A stretch of DNA of 64,000 nt from Octopus vulgaris. Its lineage: Eukaryota. The first letter of the stretch is position 1. The number at the start of each line of letters is the position of its first letter. Under the pieces are notes generated by a model. It was not told where the DNA came from, did no database searches, and saw only the letters and a list, made by a program, of their open reading frames with translations. The stretch is from NCBI GenBank assembly GCA_951406725.2, contig OX597826.1, positions 21,266,001-21,330,000 on the forward strand, written 5' to 3'. A program made the position numbers and the translations under genes. Below, one piece after another: positions 40,090-52,718 of this stretch.

Positions 40090-40110
40090 TAGATATAGAT
40101 ATAGATATTT
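40041..40110. repeat. (GATA)n array at the 5' flank of Tx1 copy C
   Basis: Read directly; it starts at the base after the element's 5' end. Confidence 0.95.
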
Positions 40111-40695
40111 AGAGAGAGACAGAGACAGAGGTATGTGTGTGTATTTATGTATATATGTATGCATCATCATCATCATCATCATCATCATTTAACATCCATT
40201 TTCCATGCTGGCATGGGTAAAATGGTCTGACTGGACCTGGTAACCTGGAGAGCTGCACCAGGTTCCCATCAGTTTTGAGTTGGTTTCTATGGTTGGATGC
40301 CCTTCCTAACGCCAACCACTCCACCTCCACAGAGTGTACTGGGTACCTCTTATGTGCCACTGGCACACGTGCCTTTCACATGTCACTAACCTCGACTATG
40401 ATTTCACCACCTCATCCCATGTCTTCCTGGGTCTACACCTTCCACAGGTTCCCTCCACAGTTAGAGATCAGTACTTCCTTACACAGCTATCTTTGTCCAG
40501 ATGCATCACATGGCTACACCAGCACAGTCTCCTCTCTTCAACACCACATCTGATGCCTCTTGTACCCAGTTTTTCTCTCAAAACACCCACACACCGTCAT
40601 ACATGAGCACTGACAGGGCACATCCAATGGAGCATAGGAGCCTCATTTCTTTCAAGTCTTCCCATGTCCTCTTCAAACACAACCTGTCTTTTATA

Positions 40696-40737
<42 letters not shown>

Positions 40738-40808
40738 ATTCTCTAAACGTGAAAATCTTTATATAAATATCCTGCACAGAGAGTCGTTCGTCGAAGGGCG
40801 GTGCCTAC

Positions 40809-40853
40809 CATACGTTGACGAGAGGCAAACACCTCGAAACCTGGGTCCGTATG
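40809..40853 (+). ncRNA. Type I hammerhead ribozyme, copy 1
   Basis: Stem I CATACG/CGTATG; core TTGACGA (C3U variant of CUGANGA); stem II GAGG-caaaca-CCTC; GAAA; short stem III CC-tg-GG; GUC triplet with the predicted cut after 40847. Confidence 0.8.
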
Positions 40854-41166
40854 TGGCTTCCGCTTCTTCAGTGGATGATCTCCCTTTGCGGGATAGAGGA
40901 CGCTGTGATGGTGTCAAGCCTTTCTGGTGACGTTGATGTTCGCCTGGGGCTAAATGCAACAGTAACACCCCCACCGCCCTGCCCTGTCCCTAGCCACATT
41001 CAAATGGCTAATGTCCCTTTTGTTATGGAGCAGTTACTGTCTATATCTCGTTTAGAGAATTATTATTGCTGTCGAACAGATTTTCGAAATCAGTAAATGT
41101 ATTTACGTGAAAATCTTTATATAAATATCCTGCACAGAGAGTCGTTCGTCGAAGGGCGGTGCCTAC

Positions 41167-41211
41167 CATACATTGACGAGAGGCAAACACCTCGAAACCT
41201 GGGTCCGTATG
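41167..41211 (+). ncRNA. Type I hammerhead ribozyme, copy 2
   Basis: Same motif 358 nt downstream, with the predicted cut after 41205. The core-proximal stem I pair is broken by G>A at 41172. Confidence 0.7.
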
Positions 41212-41378
41212 TAGCTTCCGCTTCTTCGGTGGATGATCTCCCTTTGCGGGATAGAGGACGCCGTGATGGTGTCAAGCCTTTCTGGTGATGTTGATGTTCA
41301 CCTGGGGCTAAATGCAACAGTAACACCCCCACCGCCCTGCCCTGTCCCTAGCCACATTCAAATGGCTAATGTCCCTTT

Positions 41379-41424
<46 letters not shown>

Positions 41425-41446
41425 AGAATTTTGTATGTAATTATAG

Positions 41447-41495
<49 letters not shown>

Positions 41496-41724
41496 AGTAA
41501 ATGGATGGTTATGTGTATATGTACTTCTATGGGTGTGTTAAGTGTGCAACACACTCCGAACAATCACAGTGACCCTGGAATAATTGTTCTATTTATTATA
41601 TTTACGACTGATAAATTTTTATGAAGTTAATTTACAATTTGATTCAACTTTATATGAAAATTCATAACTTCAGGTGAGTTAATAATCAATGTAAACCATA
41701 CGATACTGTTTAACAGAGAGACGT

Positions 41725-41943
41725 GTAGTAGTAGTGGTGGTGGTGGCGGTGGTGGCGGCGGCGGTGGCGGTAGTTGTGGCGGCGGTGGTAGGGGTGCTTG
41801 TAGTAGTAGTAGTAGAGGTGGTGCTGGTGGTGGCGGTGGTGGTGCTGGTGCTGGTGGTGGCGGTGGTGGTGGTGGTAGTAGTAGTAGATTGGGAGGTGGT
41901 GGTGACAGTGATAGCAGTGGTGGAGGTGGTAGCAGTGGTGGTT
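41725..41943. repeat. (GGT/GGC/AGT)n trinucleotide low-complexity tract (complementary type at 42534-42702)
   Basis: Read directly; it explains the poly-P/V/H ORFs. Confidence 0.92.
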
Positions 41944-43051
41944 GAATGTGAGGTAAGGAGGCAGAACTAAAGGTGTGTAGTGACATAGAGAGAGAGAGAG
42001 AGAGGGAGAGAGACAGAGAGCAGTGACAGCATAGGAGCTTCTGTGTGGCAACTCAGTATGCTAGAAATAACAGCATAATCTCTCCTCATCTACCCCCAAA
42101 TTAAGATCTGTTTTTCTTAAAGTAGAAAATTACATTGGGTTCATTATATCTGAAAAATAGAACGATTGTAACTGAAATGAATTTTCAATTAGGGTGCTTC
42201 TGTTCCAGCCCTGCAATCTACTAGAAATAACAGCCAAATTTCCCTCCATTCTCACTTTCTTATTCTAAAAATGAAAGAATCTTTAAATAATGTAGTCCTA
42301 GATACATTGTAGAATGATCAGAACTGGGCATATTTCATCGTTGGTTCCTGGATCAGGTTTGTCTTAGAACTAAGACAAACAGCAACAACAACTAAAGGCT
42401 CTGATACTAACTACCATACCAGACATTGGATAATGTAGTCCGAAATACACTGTGTCTGATTGAAGAAACCGCATAGTTTCAGGTCCTACACCTTTCATTA
42501 TAGGTCTACTGGGTAAGACCTGACCTTGGACTAAACAACAGCTGCAGCTGCAGCAACAACAACAACAGCAGCAGCAGCAGTAACAACAATGACGACGACA
42601 TTGTCAGCAACAGCAGCAACCACCACCGCCACCACCACCACCACCACCACCACCACCACCACCACCACCACCACCACCACCACCACCACCGCCGCCGCCA
42701 GCAGTTTATATTCCGTTGACAATAAAAAAACTGTTTCTCATTTATAAAAGTTTGTGTTTGCCATTCTCTGATGAAATATTATCAAAAGTTTTACACCTTT
42801 TAAACAATATTTATGAAGCTAATGGTTGTGTGTTGAAGGCCATAACACCTGGCTCTGTCCACCACAAGGCCACATCGTCTTCACACAAACACATCACCAT
42901 TGTTGTCCTCACAGTAAATCAACTTGTCAGACTCTCTTCATGTTTACTTTGGTAGTATTTTATTGATTTATTTTGTTTATTTTATGTAAGCAATATTATG
43001 ATTGGTTATAGATTTTCAACCAACCAATGACTGGTTCATTATGTTTCTAAT

Positions 43052-43093
<42 letters not shown>

Positions 43094-46000
43094 GAGAAAG
43101 TGTGTGTGTGTGTCTGTGTGTCACAATAGTCGAATAAACAGCTTGAGATATTGTAGTTCATTACAACAATTCATTGGGAATTCACAGATACACACACACA
43201 CACATCATCATCATCGTCGTCGTCGTCGTCGTCATCATCACCACCACCACCATCACCATCATCATCATCATCATCGGTTTACATCCTCTTTTCCTTGCTG
43301 GCAGGAGTTAGACAGGCTGCTGTGATCTGAGTCAGTTGCTATTGGGAGCCACTGCCCTCAGAGACTGCTGCTTGCATGTTTTACTTTTGGTTTGGCTTCT
43401 GCGGTCGGATGCCTTTCCTGCCACCAACCCCTTTATAGAGTGGATTATTTATGTGTGTGTGTGTAAGTATAACATCCTTCCCCTCCCTCCCTCTCCTCCT
43501 CCTCCTCATCATCATCATTATCATCATCATCATTTAATGTCTATGTTCCATATTGGCATAGGCAGGATAGTTTGAGAGGATTCAAAAGGTCTAAGGACTG
43601 CAATGTGCTCCAATGTTTGCCTTGGCTTTGCTTCTATGGTTGGATCCCCTCCCTAATGCCAACCATTTGGCGCCAGCACAAAAGAGGTTGGACAGTCTTC
43701 AACAAGAAACGACTAAAGGACCTTACAATCTGAACGCATTCACTTTTTATTTGTCAACCATTTTACAGTGTCCTCAGCACTTTAGTCAGGGCACCAGTAT
43801 TAGTGAGCCTCCCCAAACAGCTGAGTAGGGCCGTATATGTGTGTGTGTAAGCTTCTGCACATGCATCATATTATCATATGAGTAATCAATCACATGGCAT
43901 CGGTTGGTACCCTGCAGTAAAATTGAACTCAGAAACCTTCGGTTCAAATGCAAACTTTTGAGCCACACTGCCAAGCCAGAACCACATTATTTTTTGGCAC
44001 AAGAATGTGATGGAGGTCAGAATTGATTTATTGCCAGATAACACGATGCCATTGGCCATCTAATTACATTCCTTTACATTCTGAGTTCCAGTCCTACCAA
44101 GCTCCCCTTTGTCCCTCACATTCCAGGGTTACTGGAATGAAGACTTACTCAACTTAATCTCTTCCAACCAAAATGTCAAACATTTAAATCTTTCTTTTAT
44201 CAATAAATATTAAAATGTTTCCATGTCCATTTACATTCTGATTTATCGACACCCTATTATACAAAAACCCTTTGACTCCCAACCTATTTATAACCCTTCC
44301 TCCTAGTTATATATAATCAATTATAATTTGTCATCATAATTTTCTATAAAAGTATTTCGTTAATTTAGACCAAATTAATAACAATAAAGTTTATCATTTC
44401 AGTAAATCCCATTCAATTATTGATTTCACAATTGAGACTCAGAGACTTCAATTTCATTTGAGATGAAAGCATGAAAGAGTTAATGTGAGTCTTGTTATTT
44501 CGTTAAATTATTCATTTTGTGACATTTATCTCTATTAAATCTGCTTTTCTGATGGAATACTAATGTTCCATTTAGTGACTTCTCACCGACAACATTAGCA
44601 AGAGCTGAACGTTTGCATCTTTGAAGAGTCTCATAATATATTTATGGCAGTAATTTCTCTGTTGTTAATATTGTAACAACTCTTGCTTATGTTTTGTAAT
44701 GGGTCTCTAGGTTAACATTTGGCACCTGATCTTGTTTAACTGGTTTCATCTAGTTTTCTGTGAAGAAGATGAGAAACAAATATCTCCCGGGATATGCTAC
44801 CAGTCTGTCAAAGTTAACTCTTTCTTATTGACTTGGGATATATTCTTTTCTTCACGTGCACACACACACACATATATACAAATATATCTATACTAATCTT
44901 TCACATATAAGTGTGCATGCATGTCCGTGTGTGTGAGTGTGTACCACATTGGTCAAGTGTCTTCCATGATAGCCTCAAGTTGGGAGTGAAGTCTAGTTAG
45001 TGGTAACAGTGGAAATCCCATGGAGTGGTCACTTTTGTTCCTGGATGATAGAGACTTGATCCATCCATCGAGTTAACACAGCCAATCAGCCAATAGCTAC
45101 CTTTACTGATGTCCATTCAGTTGCCAGGACTCTGGTCAAGGTCTTTGGTCTATCAAATACTTCCCCTCTTCTTCACCCTTGTCTTTGAGATATTCAACTC
45201 TACCTCTCCATCTCACAGTAAACCATAACATATGTATGTGTGTGTATGTATGTGTGTGTATGTATGTGTGGCTTAGTAATAATGAGAGCAAAAAAGAAGG
45301 AAAAGAGAGAAAAGGAGAGGGAAAGATGGAGTTCAGAAAAAATGACAATTTTTGCTATCAAATTTTGAGATTAATGACCCAAACTTCATTTGTTAATCTT
45401 TGAATTTTCCAAAATTTTCTCTTCAAGAATAGTTAACAAATATAGTTGTTGTCGTTAGTCTATTTTGACATTTGGAATCAAAGAAGTCCAATGATTAAGA
45501 TCTAATAGAATTCTCTGATAGAATTCCAAAGTATCTCTCACCAATCTCTTCCAATATTGGAATAACCATTATTTACCAAAGACATTAAATATTAATGAAA
45601 TACAAGGAATTCTTTAATGTTTTTAATTGCAGACTTTATTAGTTTCAGTTTTTCAAAATTTTTCTCCTGATAATGTCAGAGCAATTATTTTGCAGGTGAA
45701 TTTCAGGTGTGTCTAGTTATTTTGCAATCACCACACTTTACAAACAGTTATTCTAATGAAGCAGCCTCAAGGGTCACTTGACATGCTAGAAATAATAGCC
45801 AAATCACCATTGCATAGGTAATGCAGGACTGAGATTCCCTGAACATAGTATAAAGGTAAAGTGGTTAAGACTGGAATGTCTGCCTCACCAGGGATGATCT
45901 GGGGCCAAACATCAACCTTTTTATCATTCCATTTTTCTTAAAACCAAAAAAATAATTTTCTTGTTAATTCAACCAAAAAAATAATTTTCTCGTTAATTCT

Positions 46001-48529
46001 TTAATGAGATTTTTATATTTCACTTTGATATAATTTTTAGATTTAATACAAAACTGAAGCAGAACTTCCCGGCATAAAACAAAACCCAGAATTGAAGGGC
46101 TTTAAGCGAAACTTTTAGACAGGACCTTTATAGTATCAAGGAAACGGTTGGGCTCTGTTTGCACCATCATCATCATCATCATCATCACTCTGAGCAAAAT
46201 GCTTAGCAGCATTTCATCCGTCTATACATTCTGAGTTCAAATTCCCTCGAGGTCGTCTTTGCTTTTCATCCTTTTGGGGTCAATGAAATAAACACCAGTT
46301 GAGTGCTGGGGTCAATGTAATCAACTATCCCTATCCCCCAAATTTCAGGCCTTGTGCCCTTAGTAGAAAGAATTATTATTATTATTGCCATGCTGCAGCA
46401 ATATAAACACCAAAAGAAACGATATAGAACACATCCAGACTTTTGAGACATATCTTGACACCGTCTCAGTGCATAACCGATTCTCTGAAAGTCTGAGGAA
46501 TCAATCAATCTGTTGACTCCACAGCTTTTATCTAGAAGCTCATTGCTTTTTCTTCAGCAACAGATCATCAGTCACCAAGTTGAGCTTCAAGTATTTTATG
46601 ATTTCACAAATATTCATTGATCTCTTATTAACATGATGGCACATTTGAAAGGTTTTAGTTTAATCCAGGGTCTTTTGATCTCATTTAATTTGTACTGAAT
46701 AATAATTGAGGGCTAGAAAATATTTTTCTAGCATCTTGGGTAGCTTGCTTTTATTATAGCCCTAGGCCAACCCAAGCCTGTGAGTGGATTTGATAGACAA
46801 AAGCTGAATGAAGCCGATTGCTTATGTTTGTGTGTGTCTGCGTATACATACATGTATTTCGCTTTAAAATGTATGTATGTAGGTATGTATATATGTATGT
46901 AGGTAGGTATGTATGTATGTATATATGTATGTGGGTATGTATGTATGTATCAGTGTATGTGTGTGAATGTGATTGTGTGCATGTCTGTGTGTGTGTGTGT
47001 CTCCATGTATTGACGTCACATGTTGATTGCAAACAAAGTCACCATTGATACCAAAACAAGAGTCATTCATTTGCAATCTTCATTGAAATCCTATCCAGCC
47101 ATTGATCTGTTTATGTTTGAAGGTCTGGGGTGGAATATTACCTTATTTGGAAGCAGACGAGTGTTGGTGACAGAAAGAGCATCCAGCTGTGGAACATTAA
47201 ACTCAAGGAATTTCATTTAAACCATGCAAACATGGAAAAACAGATGCTAAAATTATGATGATGATGATGAACTGCAGTTAATTAAGAATTTTTGACTCTG
47301 TTTAATTTACACCACATAATTATGTCAAAGTTGTACCTAACCACACCATGAAATGTCAAAAATTACACAAGCAACATAAATGAAAGTTGCTATCATTTAA
47401 CCCTAGATCAGACTTGATCCAGTAGACCTGTAATTAAAGATGCTCCACTTGTGACCACCCCATCTTTTATTCAGTCATATAAGACTTTACTATTTAATGT
47501 ACACTAGGCAAACTCTATCCAGTAGACCTATGATGAAAGGTATTCTTAGTGTAGCTTGGACTACATTATCCAATGTGTCCATCCTTATTGTTGCTGCTTA
47601 GCAACTTGAACCAGCAGACCTGTGGCATCCCATCTTTTGTCCAGATGTAATATGTCTTGGATTATACTATTGTGTCCTTTCTATATATAAAGACAGAGGG
47701 AGATTTGGCTGGATGCTATTTCTAGCAACCAAGTAACCATACAGGATCAATAAGTTAACATTTAAAACTACTGAGAACTTTTGTCCCTGTAAGCAAGTTT
47801 CCCCCCTCCAACACCCATACAGCAATTATGAAGACACAACTGCCCCTTAGGCAACCTGTGTCATCTCCCAATCATGATTGAAGGACCAAAGGCCAATTTG
47901 TTATTGGCTATAATCCATTATAAAACTAATTAAATTGATTAAAAATAATCCATGGAAATGAAGCCTGAGAAAGATCTCCAACAAAACCAACTTGCAGAAA
48001 AGTGAATTCATTTGTAATCATGGCCATGGAACAATGGTTGGAACAAGGGGAATGGTCTTTTAATTAGTTACTTTAAAGGGTTTAAGTGTGACTATGTTGT
48101 TAAAATAGTTACTTTTCAACCACATAGATCTGGGTTCTATCTTATTGTGTAGCACCTTAGGCACAAGTGTTCTAACATAGTCTCGGACTGACCAAGAATT
48201 TGGAGGATGGAATTTGGTAGATGCTAACTGAGTAAAAGCATATATATATAATTTATAGGTAAGGGCAAAAGAAAAAGTTTCTAATGCCAAAATATGCCGA
48301 AAATAGACACAACATCAATAACCATGTAATTTATAACTACAAGCACGTGTTTCGATGAAAGCCGACAGAAATTTCTAAAAAATCCCGTTATTACCATATC
48401 GGACCCGATTTCAGAGATAGTTCATAAGAACCTTCCTTTCATCAGTGATAAATGCGGCAAAGAAATAAGTGAAATACTTACTTATACCCTGGTATATATA
48501 TATATATATATATATATGCCAGTTTCATT

Positions 48530-48980
48530 TAACTGACCTATTAAAAGCACCCATCAACTGCTGAGCAATATGTTGTGCTAGTAAAGACCTGTTAAATTGA
48601 GTGAAATCAGTCGTGTTCGATGCCAGTGCCATCTGACTGGCACGTAAAAAGCACCATTCAAGTGTTGGGCCCTCATGGAGGCAGTGACAGGTGATCAAGA
48701 CCCTTGGCAATATACTGTGCATGTGTTGACCTGTCGAGCCAAGTGAGACTGTAGTCGTGGCTGATGCTGGTGCCACCTGACTGGCTCCCACGCTGGTGGC
48801 ATGTAAAAAGCACCCACTACACTCTCAGAATGGTTGGCATTAGGAAGGGCATCCAGTAGTAGAAACCTTGCCAAATCAGATTGGAACCTGGTGCAGCCCC
48901 CTGGCTTACCAGTTTTCAGTCAAACCATCCAACACATGACAGCATGGAAAGTAGACATTGAATGATGATGATGATGATGA
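48530..48980 (+). mobile_element. RTE-related 3' UTR/tail element (relatives at about 34195-34390, 40160-40620, 43260-43690, 50180-50570, 61510-61700, 62135-62190)
   Basis: AAAAAGCACC repeats, GGTTGGCATTAGGAAGGGCATCCAG and CAGCATGGAAAGTAGACATTGAATGATGATG, homologous to the 3' UTR at 11413-11590. Confidence 0.75.
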
Positions 48981-49196
48981 TATATATATATATATATATA
49001 TATGTACATACAAGCACACATGCATATATAAATATGTTTGGTGAGAACACCACTCACACTATACTAATACTTTATGAATGAAGACCTTGGTTCTGCAATG
49101 AATTTACAAATACTCCCTTATCATCCTTATTGCCAGAAATACAATGAACCAAAGACTGTCACATTTGAACTGTGATCTAAACCAGAAAATATAATA

Positions 49197-49412
49197 TATA
49201 TTTCTTTATTGCCCACAAGGGACTAAACATAGAGGGGACAAACAAGGACAGACAAACAGATTAAGTCAATTACATCGACTCCAGTGCGAAACTGGTACTT
49301 TATTTATCGACCCCGAAAGGCAAAGTTAACCTCGGTGGAATTTGAACTCAGAACATAACAACAGACGAAATACCGCTAAGCATTTCGCCCGGCGCGCTAA
49401 CAATTCTGCCAG
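49197..49412 (-). mobile_element. Meta-like SINE with Tx1-type 3' tail
   Basis: B box GAGTTCAAATTCC. The tail matches the Tx1-A 3' end at 36 of 41 positions. A 15-bp TSD CCAGAAAATATAATA lies at 49182-49196 / 49409-49423. Confidence 0.85.
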
Positions 49413-50238
49413 AAAATATAATAGTATCATAAACATTTCATAAGTCTAATGTTTAGCATAAAGATTGATAGAATAATTACTGGGATTGAAATGATTGACT
49501 AAACCTTGAAGGGGGTGCCCAAGCATGGCCATAGTTCAGTAATAGAAACCAATGGAGAAATACAATGTAACCAAGTGAAAATATGAAATAAGATTCAGTC
49601 TACCTACTAGTTTTGTGCCCATTCCATTCATGATCCCCACAAAAATTACAGGTATCTCAGGGAGAAAAACAAAGTTGTAATTTTGGAGATCTCAAAGCTA
49701 GTTCTATGAAGTGTGTTCTTGTTGAGCCCACAAGAATTTCAGTAGCTCAGTCCAAGTGGCTGTAACTAGTAGCAACGCTGTAAATGGTAAGCAGGATCTA
49801 TGGCTTTCACTTTCCTTTGTAGAAACTTCTAAGTTAATCGAAGATCAGTCTATCTTTACTGAGACACACTGATCTCAAGACAAAGTCTTTGGCACTGACC
49901 TCAAAATAACCAAAACGGTTCCAGAACATTCTACATGATCAATCAACTGATACTGTTGTTGATGCTGTTCCATAACCTCAGTTAGTTCTGCTTGAAAATC
50001 CATTTCAGAATGACAACTGCCAAAATGAATCCTTCCCTTGGAATTTTCATTAGTCAAAATATTGTCTACAGATTTTGGCCTTCGAGGCAGTAGAATATGC
50101 TGAGACAGATGGTTTTTTGTGGCTATATTGACAGCAGTTTGTCTAACAGTACAAATATTCCCCATTGACTTAAAAACAACATCATCACCCTTTAACGTCC
50201 ATGTTCCATGCTGGCATGGGTTAGATGGTTTGACAAGG

Positions 50239-50472
50239 CAGCGAGCAGGCAGAAACGTTAGCACGCCGGGCGAAATGCGTAGCCGTATTTCGTCTGCCGT
50301 TACATTCTGAGTTCAAATTCCGCCGAGGTCGACTTTGCCTTTCATCCTTTCGGGGTCGATTAAATAAGTACCAGTTATGCACTGGGGTCAATATAATCGA
50401 CTTAAACCGTTTGTCTGTCCTTGTTTGTCCCTCTGTGTTTAGTCCCTTGTGGGTAGTAAAGAAATAGAAATA
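50239..50472 (+). mobile_element. Meta-like SINE with Tx1-type 3' tail, nested in an RTE-tail element
   Basis: GGCAGAAACGTTAGC..GAGTTCAAATTCC..GTCGACTTTGCCTTTCATCCTTTCGGGGTCGAT..TTTGTCCCTCTGTGTTTAGTCCCTTGTGGGTAGTAAAGAAAT. TSD GGTTTGA(C/T)AAGG at 50227-50238 / 50473-50484. Confidence 0.88.
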
Positions 50473-51376
50473 GGTTTGATAAGGTTGGATGGGGACAAGG
50501 ACCACAACATACTCCATTTGTCTGCTTTAGCATGATTTCTATGGCTGGAGGCCCTTCCTAATGTCAACAGATGGAAAAATAAAGATTAAACAATTTAATG
50601 TAAACATTTCCAGTTTTCTATAAAAAAAATGTTTGGCCATGGGGAAATGTTTGGAAATGGGTGACTGTCATCGACAGGAAAGGCATCAAGTTGTAGAAAA
50701 TCTGCTTCAATGAATTTCGTCTGACCCATGCTAGCAAGGAAAAGTGCATGTTACAGCAATAACGATAATTATCATCATGAATTTGCTAATTAGATAAGTG
50801 TTATGAGATTTAGTAGAAAACATTTTCAGATTTAAAAATATGAGGTGAAAAAATATCCAGATTTTGCCGGAAATATTTTGAGATTCTGTTAATGAAATTT
50901 GAACATGCAAGACTGAGGGGAAGTACAAAATACACTGAGCTGTGTAAATATGTAAGACAATGAATTGACAAACATTGATTAACTGAGATTATCTAGGCAG
51001 TCAGTACACAAAACTCCCTCTGGAAGTGTTTGACTGCTAAAAAAAGCAGCAAAGATGACAGCAGTAATATTAAGTAATTAAAATATATTTTGAAAATAAT
51101 GAAAATGCAGTTAGGAATGGATCTAGTAATTAACAGTAACTGATGAAATTACAAACAGGTTTACACCTTATCTCAACTCTTCAGCAAATTATATTTGATA
51201 CAGTTGGCAAGACTAAGAACTCTCTCCAAACTGCAAAAGAAACACAATTTTTTCAAATGTCATTTTTTTATGGTAAATTCTGAAAATTTATTCGAGGATG
51301 TAAGTGTAAATATTCCAAGACATGCTGGTTTATGGCTGAGACCCAAATTGCAGGTAACCTTTCAACTTTCCCTGAA

Positions 51377-52718
51377 ATGAGACGCCAGAATACAGCCTGT
51401 GTTGAATGCTACGGGTGGCAGTCACAAACAATTGTCATGAAAACTGAAATGCAAGTGCATCTCATGGAAGTTATGGGTATAAAAATCAACTTGAACCGCA
51501 TTCCTGGCATTCGTAATTTGGACACATGAGGTATGACCTGATTGTCAGCAGCACAGAGGGAACAAGTTATCAGCCGATTGCAAGCCGGGCAGCATGCCCT
51601 GGTTGTTGTGAAAGCTTACAATGTCTACGTCAGCACCATCTATTGCCTGCAACAGTGATATAACAACACCAACAGCACTGCAAGCTGTGCTCACAGAGGG
51701 TGCCCCTGAGTGACCACACCCAGGCAGGACTGCTTCAGCTACCTGCAATACCTCGGTCATCGCTTCAGACCATCCAGCATGACAGCTCGCGAGACCAATG
51801 GCACTGGACAGGACCCATCAGCAACGAGATGGTACGATGTCAACTGACAGCCAACAACCTGCGCTGTCATTGTCCTGCTTGAGGGCCTGTTCTGACTGCC
51901 CACCACCTTCAGGCACAACTACAGTGGGCCACACAGCACTGACATTGGTGGCATCAACAATGGCAGTCGATAGTCTTCTCTAATGAGAGCCAGTACTGCG
52001 TTTCCACTTTGGATGGCAAAATGAAGTGTGGCATAGGAGGGGTTGAACGCTAGAGACATGTGTCATGAAGAGAGATGCATGGGGTGGCCAAAGCACCATG
52101 GTTTGGAATGCTATAGGTCTGAATCAGAGATTTGGGCACCATGTGTTCCAAAATGTTGGTGCAGACAGAGGGAATGGCATCACAGTGCAGCACTATGTTG
52201 ACCAAATCCTAAAATCTCACACCGTGCACTTCTTCGCGCATCACCATCATCACATGTTCCAGCAGGACAATGCTCCCTCCCACACGGCCAGGGTCACATG
52301 GACTTCCTGCATCAGCACAACATCAGAACCATGCCATGGCCAGCTCTCAGCTTGGATTTGAACCCAATTGAACACCTGTGGGATGAAATCCAGAGACGGC
52401 TGAACCAGGTGGTCCTAAGGCCGACAACTCATGTGGAATTGGAGGCAGCTTTTCTCAGGGTGAAGGCACAGGTGCCAATAGCTTTTGGGAACTGCCTCAT
52501 GCACTCCATGTACCAATGGTGTATGTCTGTATGTCATGCCCTACAATTTCAATGTGCTGGATTTGTCCACTACCAGAACACGACAATGACCCATAGACTG
52601 TGGTTAAAGTGCATCTAAGAAATTGACTTTATCAGGTTTATCAAATTTTATTTTTGACATAATGAAATTAAAACATATTTCAGTCACATACATCTCGTGT
52701 TTCCTTTGAGGCTCAGAG
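51377..52718 (+). mobile_element. Degenerate Tc1-family transposon (second family)
   Basis: GGQSTMVWNAIG, FQQDNAPSHTAR and WPALSLDLNPIEHLWD. The right end runs into (TA)n; the left TIR was not identified. Confidence 0.88.

Larger units (their letters stand above)
40732..41381 (+). mobile_element. 358-bp tandem repeat (about 1.8 units) with hammerhead folds: retrozyme-like / Penelope-dependent non-autonomous element
   Basis: 40747-41023 recurs at 41105-41381 (offset 358, six substitutions). An 18-bp inverted piece sits at the left end (40732-40749 is the reverse complement of 41049-41066), and (TA)n flanks both sides. Confidence 0.8.

Noticed and set aside
40759-41496. Short duplicated ORFs on both strands of the 358-bp repeat
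   Set aside because: No domain is recognisable, and the sequence is better explained by RNA structure.
41627-42051. Proline-rich formin/extensin-like ORF
   Set aside because: It is a degenerate (GGT/GGC)n tract with no flanking domain or convincing splice context.
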